From: an uncultured Acidobacteriota bacterium
GTDB taxonomy: Bacteria > Acidobacteriota > JAQAZP01
Direction of reading: 5' to 3'
NCBI GenBank assembly: GCA_963836075.1
Contig: CAWIIB010000001.1
Span: 1,088,001-1,152,000 of the forward strand
DNA: 64,000 nucleotides
The translations under genes were made by a program, and so were the position numbers. A model generated the notes under the pieces. That model had not been told where the DNA came from and did no database searches. It saw only the letters and a list, made by a program, of their open reading frames with translations. Shown one piece after another: positions 30,206 to 41,051 of the stretch (position 1 is its first letter; the number at the start of each line of letters is the position of its first letter).

Positions 30206-32410
30206 TCAGAACCTTCCTGCCGCCACGTTGGCCCCATGCGTCATGCCCTGGAACGCCTCAAGCGAGAACCAGGGGGTCACTCCGGAGCCATCGTATTGGA
30301 ACACCTTCACTTCAGTGTTGGCGTCAGGATCAGGGCCACAGCCCACCACTATTTCGTTCCAGCCCTCGCCATCAAGGTCGGACCCGGCAAAGACTTTGGC
30401 GCCATACCGGACCCCAGACGGCGGCCAGGCTAAGAAACTCAGTCCGGGCAAAGGCGTGCCGTTCATATCGAATCCCCGGATGTGGGCGCCGAAAACCGGA
30501 GAGGGACCCGGTGCGGTGATGATCTCGTCGATGCCGTCTCCGTCCACGTCGCCGCAGCTGATGTTCACGCCGTATTTGTGGGTGCCGTAAGCGATAAAGC
30601 TGCAGCCGGGTATGGACGCCGCCGTTCCCCCGTCCACGTTCCAACCCCGCACGTGAGGCCCGTAGACGGCCCCGGGACCCGCGCCAGTGACGATCTCGTC
30701 ATAGCCATCCCCGTCGATGTCACCTGCTGAGACGTTCACCCCCCACTTGGGTGTTCCATAGGCGAAGTAGCTCACGGTGGATATCGGCGTCACGTCAGGG
30801 CCACCGTCGTAGTCCCAGCCGCGGACATGAGGGCCAAACACCGCACCGGGGCCTGCTCCGGTGATGATCTCGTCAAATCCGTCTCCGTCGATGTCACCCG
30901 CGGCCACGTTCACGCCCCACTTGCTGGTGCCATACGCGAGGTAGCTGAGGCCCTCGAGGGGCGCGCCGTCCACCTGAAATCCCCGCACATGGGGACCGAA
31001 GATCGGTCCCGGACCTGGGCCGGTGATGATCTGATCGACGCCGTCAGCAAACACGTCACCACAACTGACGTTGACGCCGGCGGCGCCACCGTATGCGTTA
31101 AATTCAAAAGCAGCCTCGGCATTCTGCTCGGGTGGGAACACCCTCACAGTCGGAGGATTTTGCGTATGGGGGCCAGGTCCAACAACTATGCCCGTTGCCG
31201 GGTAGTGGTATCCCATATCTTTACTGCCCCATGCTGCCAGGCATCTGGTTGTGCCGCAGAGCTCCAGCGATGGAAGTCCGGCACCCACACATGGGCTGTT
31301 TTCCGGATCGCCGCAAATGACATTGCTGAGGTAGTAAACACCATGGGGGCCGCTGACGAAGAGCGGATCGGCATCTATGTTGCTCCCACCCGGCCATCCG
31401 CCCTGGACGTCGGAGAAGTAGATCAATGGGTCGCCCGAATACACTTCGATACTATTCGGAGAGTTGTCCCAGATGATGCAGTTAGAGATAATTGGTGAGG
31501 AACTCATGCAGTAGACCCCACCACCAAGATCATCACCACGGTTCCGGCTGAAGGTGCAGTTGGTGATCCTTGCCGGGGCCCAGAAGCAGTAGATCCCACC
31601 ACCACGATCAGAATCGTTCCCGTTGAAGATGCAGTTAAAGATCTTTGGAGAGGAATTCGTGCAGTAGATCCCGCCACCAGCACAATGAAGAGATCCGTTT
31701 CCGTTGAAGATGCAATCGGTGATTGTCGGGGAACCCTGCTCACAGGCTATCCCCCCGCCAGCAGCAACAGTCCGGTTCTCGCTAAAGGTGCAGTTCGTGA
31801 TCTTTGGCGAGGACCCGACGCAGTAAATCCCACCACCAAGATCAGGACCACGGTTCTCGCTGAAGGTGCAGTTGGTAATCGTTGGCGAAGACCCGACGCA
31901 GTAAATCCCACCACCCCAATCAGCCACATTTGCGCTGAACGTGCAGTTGGTGAATGTCGGGGACCCGTCCTCGCAGTACATCCCGCCACCATCACTTGCT
32001 CTGTTCGCGCTGAAGGTGCAGTTGGTGATCGTTGGTGAGGTGTACGCGTCGCAGTTAATCCCACCACCGCGTAACGCATGATACCCATTTTGAATGGTGA
32101 ATCCGTCCAGCACGGAATTCTCACCTTCACTGAAGAAAAAATTAAACCCGCGACCCTGCTCCTCACAGTCGATAATGCAGTTCTCCGCCCCATTCTCCGA
32201 CCTGACCGTGATTGCCTTACCGAGGAAGTCGATGTCACGGTTGCCCTGACCGGTGTAAGTGCCATCGGCCACCAACACCTTGTCTCCGTCTACTGCGGCA
32301 TCGATGCCCGCCTGGATAGTGGGCTGGACACCGGGGACGTGGATGACATCAGCCGAGAGCACCAAAGGGCAGCAGAGCAGTAAGAGAACAAGAATCACTG
32401 TGCATCTCAT
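30206..32410 (-). CDS. Secreted right-handed beta-helix (pectin-lyase fold/Pmp-like repeats) protein with C-terminal FG-GAP repeat module
   Basis: Signal peptide; TIQAGIDAA; repeated GGGIYC..SPTITNCTFSxN; GDIDGDGxDEIITGxGPG..GPHVRG repeats. Confidence 0.85.
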   Translation of the reverse strand: MRCTVILVLLLLCCPLVLSADVIHVPGVQPTIQAGIDAAVDGDKVLVADGTYTGQGNRDIDFLGKAITVRSENGAENCIIDCEEQGRGFNFFFSEGENSVLDGFTIQNGYHALRGGGINCDAYTSPTITNCTFSANRASDGGGMYCEDGSPTFTNCTFSANVADWGGGIYCVGSSPTITNCTFSENRGPDLGGGIYCVGSSPKITNCTFSENRTVAAGGGIACEQGSPTITDCIFNGNGSLHCAGGGIYCTNSSPKIFNCIFNGNDSDRGGGIYCFWAPARITNCTFSRNRGDDLGGGVYCMSSSPIISNCIIWDNSPNSIEVYSGDPLIYFSDVQGGWPGGSNIDADPLFVSGPHGVYYLSNVICGDPENSPCVGAGLPSLELCGTTRCLAAWGSKDMGYHYPATGIVVGPGPHTQNPPTVRVFPPEQNAEAAFEFNAYGGAAGVNVSCGDVFADGVDQIITGPGPGPIFGPHVRGFQVDGAPLEGLSYLAYGTSKWGVNVAAGDIDGDGFDEIITGAGPGAVFGPHVRGWDYDGGPDVTPISTVSYFAYGTPKWGVNVSAGDIDGDGYDEIVTGAGPGAVYGPHVRGWNVDGGTAASIPGCSFIAYGTHKYGVNISCGDVDGDGIDEIITAPGPSPVFGAHIRGFDMNGTPLPGLSFLAWPPSGVRYGAKVFAGSDLDGEGWNEIVVGCGPDPDANTEVKVFQYDGSGVTPWFSLEAFQGMTHGANVAAGRF

Positions 32411-32717
32411 GAGACAACTCCCATATTGATATATCGTGAGGGATGAAGGGTACAAATGTGCTGCAGGCCGGTGGTAACTGATGAGTGGACGGTTCACGAA
32501 GGTGTGAATTGACCGCTTTGGCTGGCTGGATCCGGCCCGTTCCAAGAATTGTGTGACACCCGCCCGGAGTGGAGAAAATCAGCTGTTACGTCTGTAAAAA
32601 ATAGATAGGTTACACCCTGATCGTCCATGTATTTTAACAATATCTACCAATGACAGGTTATCACAATTGGAAGGAAAGTGTCGTTTGGTTCTAGCACAGG
32701 CACGCCCCTGCGCTCCA

Positions 32718-32831
32718 GTCGTTGCCATCACCGACGGCCAGCTGGACTTCGGTACCTGGGAGCGGATCTTCTACGGCGAGTTTGATGGCCGCAGCCTTCA
32801 GCGGGCGCTGGTGAAGATCATCGGGGAGTGA
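32718..32831 (+). repeat. yjbQ: yjbQ 3'-end copy 3 (114 bp, most diverged)
   Basis: [37 protein letters not shown]; 17 differences in 114 bp, 5 amino-acid changes. Confidence 0.93.
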
Positions 32832-33015
32832 TACCCACCCCAATGGTCCGCGGCTCCGAATAATCTACACTTTTTGTGTCACACCTGCTATGGTTATTTC
32901 TTAGTATGTGGGGAGGAGACGAGGATACGCCCGACTTCAGGCCGATTTCAGGGCCAGACGTTCGGCTGCTCGACCCTGACTGCAAAAACGAAAATCGATC
33001 ACGAAAAGGAAACCA

Positions 33016-33717
33016 ATGATGAATCACCGAAAGTTTTTGAATGCGGCTTTATGTGTATTGATCGCCCTCACCTTGTCCGGAATTGGAACAGCAGTCGTCC
33101 TGGCTGAGGAAACGGATGAGCCGGAGAAGTTGATCGGCGACATGAAGGGCGCCTACGTCCGGCTGGTCTACAACTCGGAGGGCTGGGTCGTGCTGGGGTA
33201 CAAGGCGGCGAACAACTCGCTGGACCAGGAGTGGCTGCTGCTGGAAGTGGGCATGACGCTGATCAAGGGCCAGGCGAACCAGGAATGCGTTCGGGAAGAC
33301 CTCTCGGTGCTCACACCTGATGGGGAGATCATCCCCATGGCCACCCAGGTGGAATTCGGTAAGGCCGGACACCTCAAGGCGCTGAACAAGAGAGCCGACA
33401 TGCAGCGGGACAACATCAACTACTTCCCCACCGGAACCACCATTCCCTGCCGCATCGGCTTCTTCTCGGACCCCACGGACAGCTCATTGAAACCCTATGA
33501 CAAGTTCGAGCTGGCCTACGGGCGCGGCTGCCTCGGCCGCATTTTCTTCAAGATCCCCGGCGGCATCAAGATGGGCCGCTACTTTCTGCTGGTGCAGTTC
33601 GACAACAGCGTGATCAAGGTACCGTTCAAGATCATGACCTCCAAGGAAGCCAGCGAAAATTACAAGACCTGGCAAAAGATGCAGAAAGAGGCGAAGAAAG
33701 CCAACAAAGCGAGCTGA
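33016..33717 (+). CDS. Hypothetical secreted protein
   Basis: Signal peptide, host-like codon usage, SD AAGGA, followed by a terminator. Confidence 0.75.
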   Translation: MMNHRKFLNAALCVLIALTLSGIGTAVVLAEETDEPEKLIGDMKGAYVRLVYNSEGWVVLGYKAANNSLDQEWLLLEVGMTLIKGQANQECVREDLSVLTPDGEIIPMATQVEFGKAGHLKALNKRADMQRDNINYFPTGTTIPCRIGFFSDPTDSSLKPYDKFELAYGRGCLGRIFFKIPGGIKMGRYFLLVQFDNSVIKVPFKIMTSKEASENYKTWQKMQKEAKKANKAS

Positions 33718-33753
33718 CCACCGCCCGGACGCATCAAGCACGCTTATGAATCG

Positions 33754-33786
33754 AAAGGGGTTGGCCGATTCGGCCAACCCCTTTTT
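33754..33786 (+). terminator. Rho-independent terminator
   Basis: AAAGGGGTTGGCCG-ATT-CGGCCAACCCCTTTTT. Confidence 0.85.
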
Positions 33787-33974
33787 CTCTGTCCGGCACC
33801 ATCCCCGCTTTCCAATCCCCTCCACCCACTTGTCAAAAGTAAAGAAATACATAAAGAGTCGCAATGGTTTTCTCGATATGAATACCATCGGAGTGGGTCG
33901 GTGATGAATCAGTTTGCTCATGTTGGGTGTTGACCAGGAAGTCCCTGTTCAGCGATGTCTCCGAGGGGTAGCAG

Positions 33975-35976
33975 ATGGGCGACGAGCGATTCGGCAACAG
34001 GCTTGTGGAGGAGGGGCTGGTCAACCAGCGCCAGCTCGACGAAGCAATCCAGATCCAGCAGCAGGGCAATACCAATAAACCGATCGGGCAGATCCTCCAG
34101 GAGCTTGGCGTTCTGACCAAGAGACAGCTCGATTTCGTGCTGGACAAGTATAAAAAGAGAAACTACCTGGGCGAGATCCTGGTCAATCGGAAGGAGATCA
34201 ACCGGGAGCAGCTGAAGTTCGCTCTGGAGGAGCAGAAGGTATCCGGGCTCCCCCTGGGTGAGACACTGGTCAGGTTGAACTTCATCACCGAAGAGATCAT
34301 GCGGGAATCGCTCTGCGTGCAGTTGAACATCGCCTTCATCGACCTGGAGAAGTACCATCTCCCGGACGACCTGAAAAAGCTGATCAACAGGAACTACGCC
34401 CGCAAGCACTCAATCATCCCGGTGAGCCGGATCGGCAGTAACATCACGCTGGCGATGAACGATCCCACGGACCGGGCAGTGATCGAAGAGCTCCAGTCGT
34501 TCACCGGGCTGACCATCAACCCGGTCACCTCGACCCAGACCAGCATCAAGAGGGCATTCAACCGGCTCTACGGTGACGAGAAAATTGAGGAGCCGGGGGA
34601 TCGGCAACGCTACGACGTGATTCTGGAGGAGTCGAAAAAAAGCCCTGATGAACCGGAGCAGCCGGATGAGGATCAGGCGCTGCGAAAAGCCGACCAGATC
34701 GTCAGGGACATCATCAGGGCGGCCACCGAGCACGGCGCCAGCGACATTCACCTGGAAACCCTGGAACGTCAGATGACCGTTCGGTTCAGGATTGACGGCG
34801 TGCTCAAGGATCTGGCCATCCCCAATCTGGAAGAAGCCCTGGCGGCCAACCAGCGGTCCATCACGTCGCGGCTCAAGATTCTGGCCTGCCTCGACATCGC
34901 TGAGAAGCGGCGACCGCAGGACGGGAGCTTCCGGGTCCTGACACATCGGGGTGGTGAAATGATCCACCTCGACTTCCGGCTCTCGGTTATTCCCGGCTAC
35001 CACGGTGAGAACGTTGTGCTGCGGATTCTGGACCAGCGCGCGGCGCCGCGGTCGATCAAGCAGCTCGGTTTTTATGATCAGATCGACAAAGAGCTGCGCA
35101 AGGCCCTCAGTTCCACGGAAGGGATCTTCCTGGTCACCGGGCCTACGGGTTCCGGAAAGAGCACCACTCTGTTCGGCATCCTGATGCACCTGCACAAGCC
35201 AACGGTCAAGATTCTCACCGCCGAGGATCCCATCGAGTATGTCTACGAATCATTTATCCAGTGCGAGGTCAACGAGAGGATCGGCAACACCTTTGCCGGC
35301 TACCTTCGCTCGTTCCTGCGCCATGACCCGGAAGTGATCATGGTGGGTGAGATCCGCGACCAGGAGACGGCGGAGATGGCCTTCCGCGCCGCGCAGACCG
35401 GCCACATGCTGCTGAGCACACTGCACACCAACGATGCCGTCAGTGCCGTGACGCGGCTGATGGATATGGGCGTGGACAAGAACCTGATCGCCTCCTCGCT
35501 CCGGGGTGTCCTGGCCCAGCGCCTGGTGCGTCAAATCTGCACTGAGTGCAAAGAGGAGTACAGCCCCCCCGGCGGATCTGATCAAGGAGTTTTTCAGCTC
35601 TCCCGTCACAGACATCACCTGGTACAAGGGGGCGGGATGTCCGCACTGCAACTATACCGGGTACAAGGGACGGATGGCGCTGGGAGAATTGTGGATCCCC
35701 AGCGAGAGCGACATTCTGATGATCAACAAGGGAGCGCCCATCGAGGAGATCAAACAGAGCGCCTCGGAGAGCACCGTCTTTATGATGGACGATGCGATGG
35801 GCAAACTGAGGGAGGGCAAAACAAACCTCGAAGAGCTGATCCGCATGCTCCCCTATTCCAGCGTGTATCACAACCGTCAGAAGATGGCCGCAAAGGTGAA
35901 GCCAGCCAGAAAACCGGCCCGTAAAAAAGTCGTCGCCAAAACAAAGAAAGCGGCCGCTTCAGGAAAAGCGACCTAG
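33975..35976 (+). CDS. GspE/PulE/PilB secretion ATPase with MshEN-like N-terminal motifs (frameshift at C7 tract 35564-35570)
   Basis: ASDIHLE, PQDG, GPTGSGKST, TAEDPIE, LRHDPEVIMVGEIRD, CxxC...GCPHC..GYKGR. Confidence 0.9.
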
Positions 35977-36040
35977 CCCCGGAAAGAGCACGCCACCAGC
36001 AAACTCGGGCCCGCTGGGCCAGTCACCCCACGGACACACC

Positions 36041-38129
36041 TCAGTTGCGTTCTGGAAACTCCACTGGGCCGTGAGGCTGGTCGAGAGTCTCGCGCACCTT
36101 CTTCAGGAGATCGAAGGGTTCGAACGGCTTGAGGATCAGCTGGAAACCGTTGGCGGTCAGGTAGTCGGGCGGGATGATCTCGGCGCTGTACCCACTGCAG
36201 AAGAGAACGCCCACGTTCGGCTTGACCCTCTTCAGCCGGCTGCAGACTTCCATACCGTTGAGCTTGGGCATCACTACGTCGAGCAACGCGAGTTTGATCT
36301 CACTGGCGTATTCCTCGAAGAGGCATACCGCCTCTTCGCCATCGGCGGCGGCCAGGACATTGTACCCCGCATCGGCCATGATCTGCTTGCTCCACTCCCT
36401 GACGAACTCGTTGTCCTCGGCCACCAGGATCGTTTCACTGCCGGCCACCACCGACTCCTGGTCGAGATCTTTCGGCGCGGCCTGGTCCACCGGATGACTC
36501 ACTTCAGGCAGATACACATTGAAGGTGGTCCCCTCTCCGGGCTCGCTGTCCACATCGATGAACCCGCAGTGCTGCCTGACGATTCCGTAAACCGTGGCCA
36601 GTCCCAAGCCGGTCCCCTTCCCTTCATCCTTGGTGGTGAAGAACGGCTCGAATATCTGGTTGAGCGTATTGCCGTCCATCCCGATGCCCGTATCGGTTAC
36701 GCTGATCAACACGTAGTGTCCGGGCTGGGCCCAGGGGTGCTGGGCGCAATAGGACTGACCGATATCCACGTTGCGGGTTTCGATGGTGATGCTGCCGCCT
36801 TCGGACATGGCGTCGCGGGCATTGATACAGAGGTTCATCAGCACCTGCTCCACCTGGTTGGGATCCGCGTGAACCGTTTTCAAATCGTCGTCCAGAATCG
36901 TTACCAGCTTCACATTCTCACCCAACAGTCTGTTCAGCATGTTCAGCAGCTCATCGATCACCTTGTTCAGAGCCAGGTAACGGGGCTGCAATGTCTGTCG
37001 CCGGCCAAAGGCCAGCAGCTGGCTGGTGAGCTTCGCAGCCTGCTGGGACGCCTTGCCTGCCTGATCGAGGTAGCTCTTGTCCCTTGTCGTTCTCAGGAAA
37101 CCTAAGCCGGGCCAGGTCGCAATACCCGGTTATGGCCTGCAGCAGGTTGTTGAAGTCGTGCGCCACACCGCCGGCCAGTTGTCCCAGGGCGGTGAGCTTT
37201 TCAGCCTGTATTACCTGCTGCTGGGTATCGCCGATCACTTTTTTCTGCTCCATGACCGTCTGTTTGAGCTTGATCGCCATCTCCCGCTCCTGCTTGAGCA
37301 GCCTGGCATTTTCGATGGCGTAGCCGATCTGGCCCAGAAGTGCGGTGAGAAATTGCTGGTTTTCGCTGTTGAAAGGCCCACCGGTGCTTCGTTCCGAAAG
37401 ACACAGCGTGCCGATGGTTCCGGTCTTGGTATTCAGCGGCATGATCAGGAATGATGGTGAGGAGTAGACGCTGTCTCTGTTCTCAGATCGCAGTTCCTCA
37501 GCCTCGTCGATATTTTCCACCAGCAGCGGTCTGCCGGATGTAATCACTCTGCCGGCGAGAGTGCTCTCCACCGGTACCAGCTGGTTCGGCCGTTCCGATA
37601 TCCAGCCCTCCACCGCCACCACCTCCATGGTCACCCCGTCCTCCTGCAGCAACATGATCGTGCCACGCCGGGCCTGGGTGGCGGAAGCCGCCTTGGCCAG
37701 AACCAGCTTCAGCAGTTCGTGGATATCGGGCACCTTGGCTGTAATTTCTGATATTTCCGCCAGGGTGGCGGACTGGTGGATGAACTTGTCCAGCTTCGCG
37801 GCGTTGTGCCGGAAATCTTCGGTCAGTTTGTTGAGATCATTGATGATCTCAACCATTTCCCGCAGCTGGGTCGAGGATTTGTCAGGCTTGATTCCCCCGG
37901 CGGACCCGGCGGTGACCGCTTTCAGCCCGGTACGAAACGACCCGATGGCCCGGGCCATGGACCAGAGCAGATAGAACCCGCACGCTGAAAGAATGAAGAG
38001 GAAGATGAGGGCCAGCACCTTCCCCTCGAGATGGTCGCGAAAGAGGTAGAACACGGTGAGCGATGGGAGAACCAGCAGCAGGAGCACTGCTCGCAGCAGA
38101 ATACGATTTATTCCGGGTTCATTCGCCAT
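36041..38129 (-). CDS. Hybrid sensor histidine kinase (TM, GAF, HisKA, HATPase, receiver; frameshift near 37075)
   Basis: [44 protein letters not shown]. Confidence 0.9.
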
Positions 38130-38416
38130 GGAAACTCCTCCGTCAGCCTGCGCGAAATCCTGCTGCCGAACACAGCCCAGCCTTTGCCCTGCCGATATTC
38201 TATTAATCGGCATATTGGCTCTCAGGATAAGATTTTTTCACGGTTTCCCGGCTATCAGGAGCTACCGCCCGGGCTGGACCTGGACGCGACCGGGGGTGGG
38301 GAGTGATCTCAGGGGGGAACTGGCTGACCAGGTCGGTCTCGGCAGCGATGTGCCCGAATGAAGCCCGGGTCACACCGGCTGCCAGTTTCCCCACGGCCTC
38401 CTGGTCCGGGAGACGT

Positions 38417-39400
38417 TCATGAGCCCGACGTGACAACCACGGTACTGCAGGCGGCCATGCAGGCCACCATTGCCGCCTGCTGGGCCTCGATTATCGCTTG
38501 CACGGCACGGAGGTTTGCCGCCGCTTCCGCGCCCTTGAGCCCTGTGGCCCGTTCCGCTTCCTCGGCCAGAACGATGCCGGCGGCAATGGAAAAGGCGATG
38601 TCCGCCTGGGGCCGCGGTTTCACCGCCCGCAACTGATCACGGTAGCGGATCACCCGTGTGGAAACCTCATCCACCGCGGTTCCGCTGAGCACCAGCAGGG
38701 CCACCTCGTCATACTGGCTCTGCCAGACCCGCTGCCCCTTCTCCTTCAAGGCCGCGGCCATCTGCGCGAACCGCTCGGCGGCCATGTGAGGGCCATGGCT
38801 GGAGAACATCATCAGGTGCGAGACCAGTTGAAGCTGGTTGCCCATGCTGAACTTGGCCTTGCGCAGCGCCTTGTATATTTCCTCCACCTCCAGGCCCAGT
38901 TGCTCGGGGTCGGCTCCGCGGGAGGCATGCATCGCTGCCATGGGGTAGTCGTCCACGCCGGTGAGAAAACGGTGGTCCACGGCCCAGCGATCGAGAATCT
39001 GTTTCATCCGGGCGATCTTGTCGAACCGCACGCTGCCGCCGCCGGCGTCGAGCACCAGCAGCAGGGCCGCCAGCAGCGGGTGGGTGCCGCCCTTTCTCAG
39101 TTTGTGCTGTTTGAACGCGTCGAGAGTTTCCTTTACCCGCTGTACCGTGGTCGCCGGATCGAGGTCACGGCGGATCAAAATCGCCGCCACCGCGTGCCGG
39201 ATGGACGAGGTTAGCGGCGAAAAGCCCCCGGCCTGCTTTGACAGCACCCTTGCCGTCTCCTCGAATCGGGCGCCCAGGTCGGTCAGCTCGGTGGCGGCCA
39301 GGGTCAGTGCGGCGAAGCGAAGGACGTTGCTGTCGGTGCTCCAGCGCTTGCTGCTTCTCAGTCCTTCGTAAACCTCAAGGTAGCGTTCAACAGTGCTCAT
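38417..39400 (-). CDS. DUF4003 family protein
   Basis: HRFLTGVDDYPMAA, FSMGNQLQLVSH, C-terminal AQQAAMVA tail. Confidence 0.7.
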   Translation of the reverse strand: MSTVERYLEVYEGLRSSKRWSTDSNVLRFAALTLAATELTDLGARFEETARVLSKQAGGFSPLTSSIRHAVAAILIRRDLDPATTVQRVKETLDAFKQHKLRKGGTHPLLAALLLVLDAGGGSVRFDKIARMKQILDRWAVDHRFLTGVDDYPMAAMHASRGADPEQLGLEVEEIYKALRKAKFSMGNQLQLVSHLMMFSSHGPHMAAERFAQMAAALKEKGQRVWQSQYDEVALLVLSGTAVDEVSTRVIRYRDQLRAVKPRPQADIAFSIAAGIVLAEEAERATGLKGAEAAANLRAVQAIIEAQQAAMVACMAACSTVVVTSGS

Positions 39401-39555
39401 TGGCCTCTCCGTTGGTCACGGGCCGCCGGCTCACCGGCCCGGCGAAGGTGGTTAATGTTCTCTCCCCGCGTCATCAGCCCAAGTATAATGACAGTTACGC
39501 AGTAGAAGCGAAGAATATTCCCTGCGGGTCGCGGGGCGAGGGAAGGAGAGAACCG

Positions 39556-40587
39556 ATGACCATGAGATACAAGCTGCTGGGAAAAAGCGGGCTGCGGGTT
39601 TCCGAACTCTGCCTCGGCACAATGACCTTTGGCACCGAGTGGGGCTGGGGGGCCACGAAGACGGAAAGCCGGAAGATCTTCAACGCCTACGCCAATGCGG
39701 GCGGCAACTTCATCGACACCGCCAACCGCTACACTGAAGGGACCAGCGAGAAGATCGTCGGCGAGCTGGTGGCCGCTGACCGGGAGCACTTCGTACTGGC
39801 CACCAAGTACACCCTGCACATGCGGCGGGACGATCCCAACTTCTGCGGCAACCACCGCAAAAACATGGTGCAGTCCCTGGAGGCCAGCCTCCGGCGTCTG
39901 GGAACCGACTACCTCGATCTCTTCTGGGTCCATGCCTGGGACTTCATGACCCCGGTGGAGGAGGTGATGCGCGGCCTCGATGACCTGGTGCGGGCGGGCA
40001 AGGTGCTCTATGTGGGGATCTCCGACACCCCGGCCTGGATCGTCTCCCAGGCCAACACCATGGCCGCGCTGCGCGGCTGGACGCCCTTTGTGGCCCTGCA
40101 GATCAAGTACAGCCTGCTGGAGCGGACCGTGGAACGGGACCTGATGCCCATGGCCCGAGCCTTTGACCTCGCTGTCACGCCCTGGGGTATCCTCGGCGGC
40201 GGTGTGCTCACCGGCAAATACAACCAGGGCAAAGGCAAGGGCGGCCGAGTGGAGATGATGGACGGGCTGATCAAGGAACAGCTGGCCATGGCGGCAAAGA
40301 TACTGAAGATGGCCGAAAAAGTCGGCTGCACACCCAGCCAGGTGGCGCTGAACTGGGTGCGGCAGCAGCCTGGCCTGATCCTGCCGATCATCGGCGCACG
40401 CACGGTCAAACAGGTCAAGGACAACATCGGAGCGCTGGAATACAGTCTCACCCGGGGTCAGTTGGCCATTCTGGACAAAGCAAGCCGGATCGAACCCGGG
40501 TTCCCCCACGAATTCCTGGCCAAGGAGAATATCCGCGACATCGTCTTCGGCGGAACACAGGATATGGTGGACAATCACAGGAGTTGA
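39556..40587 (+). CDS. Aldo/keto reductase
   Basis: GLRVSELCLGTMTFG, FIDTANRY, LATKY, GKVLYVGISD. Confidence 0.93.
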   Translation: MTMRYKLLGKSGLRVSELCLGTMTFGTEWGWGATKTESRKIFNAYANAGGNFIDTANRYTEGTSEKIVGELVAADREHFVLATKYTLHMRRDDPNFCGNHRKNMVQSLEASLRRLGTDYLDLFWVHAWDFMTPVEEVMRGLDDLVRAGKVLYVGISDTPAWIVSQANTMAALRGWTPFVALQIKYSLLERTVERDLMPMARAFDLAVTPWGILGGGVLTGKYNQGKGKGGRVEMMDGLIKEQLAMAAKILKMAEKVGCTPSQVALNWVRQQPGLILPIIGARTVKQVKDNIGALEYSLTRGQLAILDKASRIEPGFPHEFLAKENIRDIVFGGTQDMVDNHRS

Positions 40588-40781
40588 TCCTGAAAAGAAT
40601 GTAACTTTTAAGCAGCTGGTTGCTTCTTAACTGCATGAGGCGTCGCCCACACCGCGGAAGGGCGGGGGACTGACGCTATACTGCACATTCCATAAGCCTT
40701 GCGACGCACATCAACACCGCACGTATTCCAATGTCAGTCTTATTCCCACGTATATACAAGTAGATTATGGGCATTTAGTCC

Positions 40782-40810
40782 TTTACAAATCGAGGAATAG
40801 AAATTATATT
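40782..40810 (+). promoter_or_regulatory. Probable sigma70 promoter of the S8 protease gene
   Basis: TTTACA-17-TATATT in AT-rich intergenic DNA. Confidence 0.55.
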
Positions 40811-41051
40811 TAGAGGGTCAAGATCGCGCGGATAGAACCGGGAAGTTGTCTACTGAAGTCTAGCAGGTCAAGAAGAGCTACGCATCAGCCAGCCATCCCC
40901 TCCACTACCCCTCTTCCAGCGCTCAATCAGTATTCCGTACGCCGGCCCCGGGACGAATTGTCGCCACGGCGGCCGGCACAATACCTGGGATCGATACGAT
41001 ATCAATGCTTTCGTGTCTCGGAATCATGATCGTCACTTCACGGAGGAACAG

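Larger units (their letters stand above)
21773..32831. mobile_element. Tandem array of three cargo cassettes (21773-24506, 24507-30059, 30060-32831), each ending in a yjbQ 3'-end copy
   Basis: Three direct repeats of the yjbQ 3' end; first block strongly AT-rich; gene remnants at the junctions; no integrase or transposase seen. Confidence 0.8.

Noticed and set aside
24240-30433. ORFs 24240..24506, 29772..30059 and 29489..30433 as expressed genes
   Set aside because: They are truncated yjbQ tails or shadow frames without convincing ribosome-binding sites.
31500-32070. Tandem ~69-bp DNA repeats
   Set aside because: They are explained by beta-helix protein repeats within the 30206 gene.
21356-32831. 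yjbQ repeats as a CRISPR array, classical integron, DGR template/variable repeats or collapsed assembly repeats
   Set aside because: The repeats are 114-296 bp of coding sequence with kb-sized spacers. No cas, intI, attC or reverse transcriptase is seen. Differences are synonymous-biased rather than adenine-specific, and each copy is distinct.
35564-35570. C7 tract as a phase-variation switch in the GspE-like gene
   Set aside because: The tract is short and late in the gene, and the background indel rate in this contig is high.
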